From Selaginella moellendorffii (Eukaryota; Plantae; Lycopodiophyta), in the NCBI RefSeq assembly GCF_000143415.4, contig NW_003314261.1, positions 5,048,360 through 5,112,359 on the forward strand: a DNA stretch of 64,000 nucleotides, read 5' to 3'. Shown here one piece after another: positions 62,600-64,000 of the stretch (position 1 is the stretch's first letter; the number at the start of each line of letters is the position of its first letter). The notes under the pieces were generated by a model. It did no database searches. It was not told the DNA's origin and saw only the letters and a program-made list of their open reading frames with translations. A program made the position numbers and the translations under genes.

Positions 62600-64000
62600 G
62601 AATCTTAAACATGCCCTTATTTGCTTGTCATGCCCAGCTACGTGGGAAGTTAGTCTATTTATCAAACATGCCAACACTATCGTGGATTGCCATTCTAAAC
62701 CTTAGCAAGCTTGTAAGAAGCAAAATTAGGTAATATAAGTGTTCTTGTTCTTTTAGATTTGTGTGTTTCTCCATGCTTAGAGGCCATTTGTAGTAGGGTG
62801 GACCACCTCTGAAAAAATGACTAAGATTAAGGGACTAAAGAGGGGGAGGAACATTGCATTCATGTAAATAGACTCTCATGTTTCTTAGTTGGGCATAAGT
62901 GGATTGTAAACAATTTTATATATTGTGATATATATTTCTAACAAAGTTAATTGAGTTGTCTAAATTTTGAAGTGTTTTTACATCGTTAAAAGATAGATTG
63001 GTTCCTCATGCTAGCCTTATCCCATTCTAAGAACACATATGTATACTTGTATGTTTATTACTATAGAGAATAAAGACATAAATGAAGACAATAACATATG
63101 GCCTAAGAAATTAAAGACAAATTCAACCAACACAAAAAGGAAAACAGAACTCATAGCAAAAGAACATTGAATAACTCTTAACACACCCAACATCATAAAT
63201 TATGTTGATGCTTATGGAGCATGAATGGTTTAATTATCAACACTATGCTAAAAACATTTGCTATGCATTGCATGTAGCAATGTTTGGTTTGCTTAGTATT
63301 AGTGTTATTCCTACTTATTAATTTAATTAATAAAAAAATTATATTATAAATATGTTGATAATTTATAAACACAACAATAATCTTATTGAATATTAAAAGT
63401 TAGATGGTAGAATAAACTAGAATATACTAGGAAGTGTTTAGGAAAGTTTATAAATTATAAATACATGATTAATCCAAATGAATAACAACAATTAGCTGGT
63501 AGAATATTCTACAATATCCAAGAACATTCTAGGTATATCCACTACCACCCTACAAGTTTACTTAAGCAAACCAAAAAGATAATCTCAACCAGAAAACAAT
63601 AATACTATAAGAATATTTTTAACATTTCCACTAGATAACAGGATAAAAACTAATCAGCAAACAAATAAGTATTTTTCATACAAGATATAACCTCTAAAAA
63701 AATAATGCCAAATAAGTAGAGTATTAAACTTTCTATATGATGAAATTAGACTAAAAAAGCCACAACATATCAATGACACCACCTAGGAATTCGGTTAAAA
63801 TGACACCAACAACAAGTGAACTGGTCTAGACCTAAACTTCTTTGTAATCACTTAAACAAAAAAGAAATTGATGAAGATAAAAACTAACTAATACTTATCG
63901 TTCATAAGGGCCTGATAATGAGCTTTATTGAATTACCTTTCACTACATTGTTGCCAAAATCCTTTATTTATATAAATCCCTTTGATGATGTCATTTTCTT
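62600..64000. mobile_element. AT-rich repeat/transposon-derived block
   Basis: No ORFs, CpG-poor, contains the repeat shared with 20450-20650. Confidence 0.5.

Overview
Eukaryotic, not prokaryotic, DNA: a very gene-dense plant nuclear segment with ~50-70 nt GT-AG introns and tiny intergenic spacers. The compactness, the APR-B-type sulfate reductase and a ciliary CCDC13-like gene point to a seed-free land plant, most likely the lycophyte Selaginella (inference). Two gene islands (~4.7-17.1 kb and ~20.7-62.5 kb) hold about 28 protein genes. Recognised genes include PYM, a SABATH methyltransferase, GST theta, a plastid DprA/SLOG-like protein, a DNL zinc finger, BABAM1, PIG-Q, APR-B, RHD3, a PPR, CCDC13-like, ArfGAP, DAWDLE, an ankyrin-TM protein, an AMP1-like peptidase, a CRM-domain protein, LOG, TAF2, a J-protein, TFIIB, DUF569, AK6 and ENY2; several genes are orphans. 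There are two tRNA genes (intron-containing Tyr, Gly-TCC). AT-rich, CpG-poor transposon relics flank the islands, one a recognisable Ty3/Gypsy remnant. Most notable: a stand-alone STAND/Crinkler-like P-loop NTPase head-to-head with a secreted Cys-rich protein gene; an intronless J-protein fused to a bacterial-like domain; a PPR with a CCHC knuckle hidden by splicing; a frameshift in TFIIB; a degenerate DAWDLE fragment next to the ankyrin gene; and a multi-exon spliced region upstream of LOG. All exon boundaries were read by eye and no database search was run.
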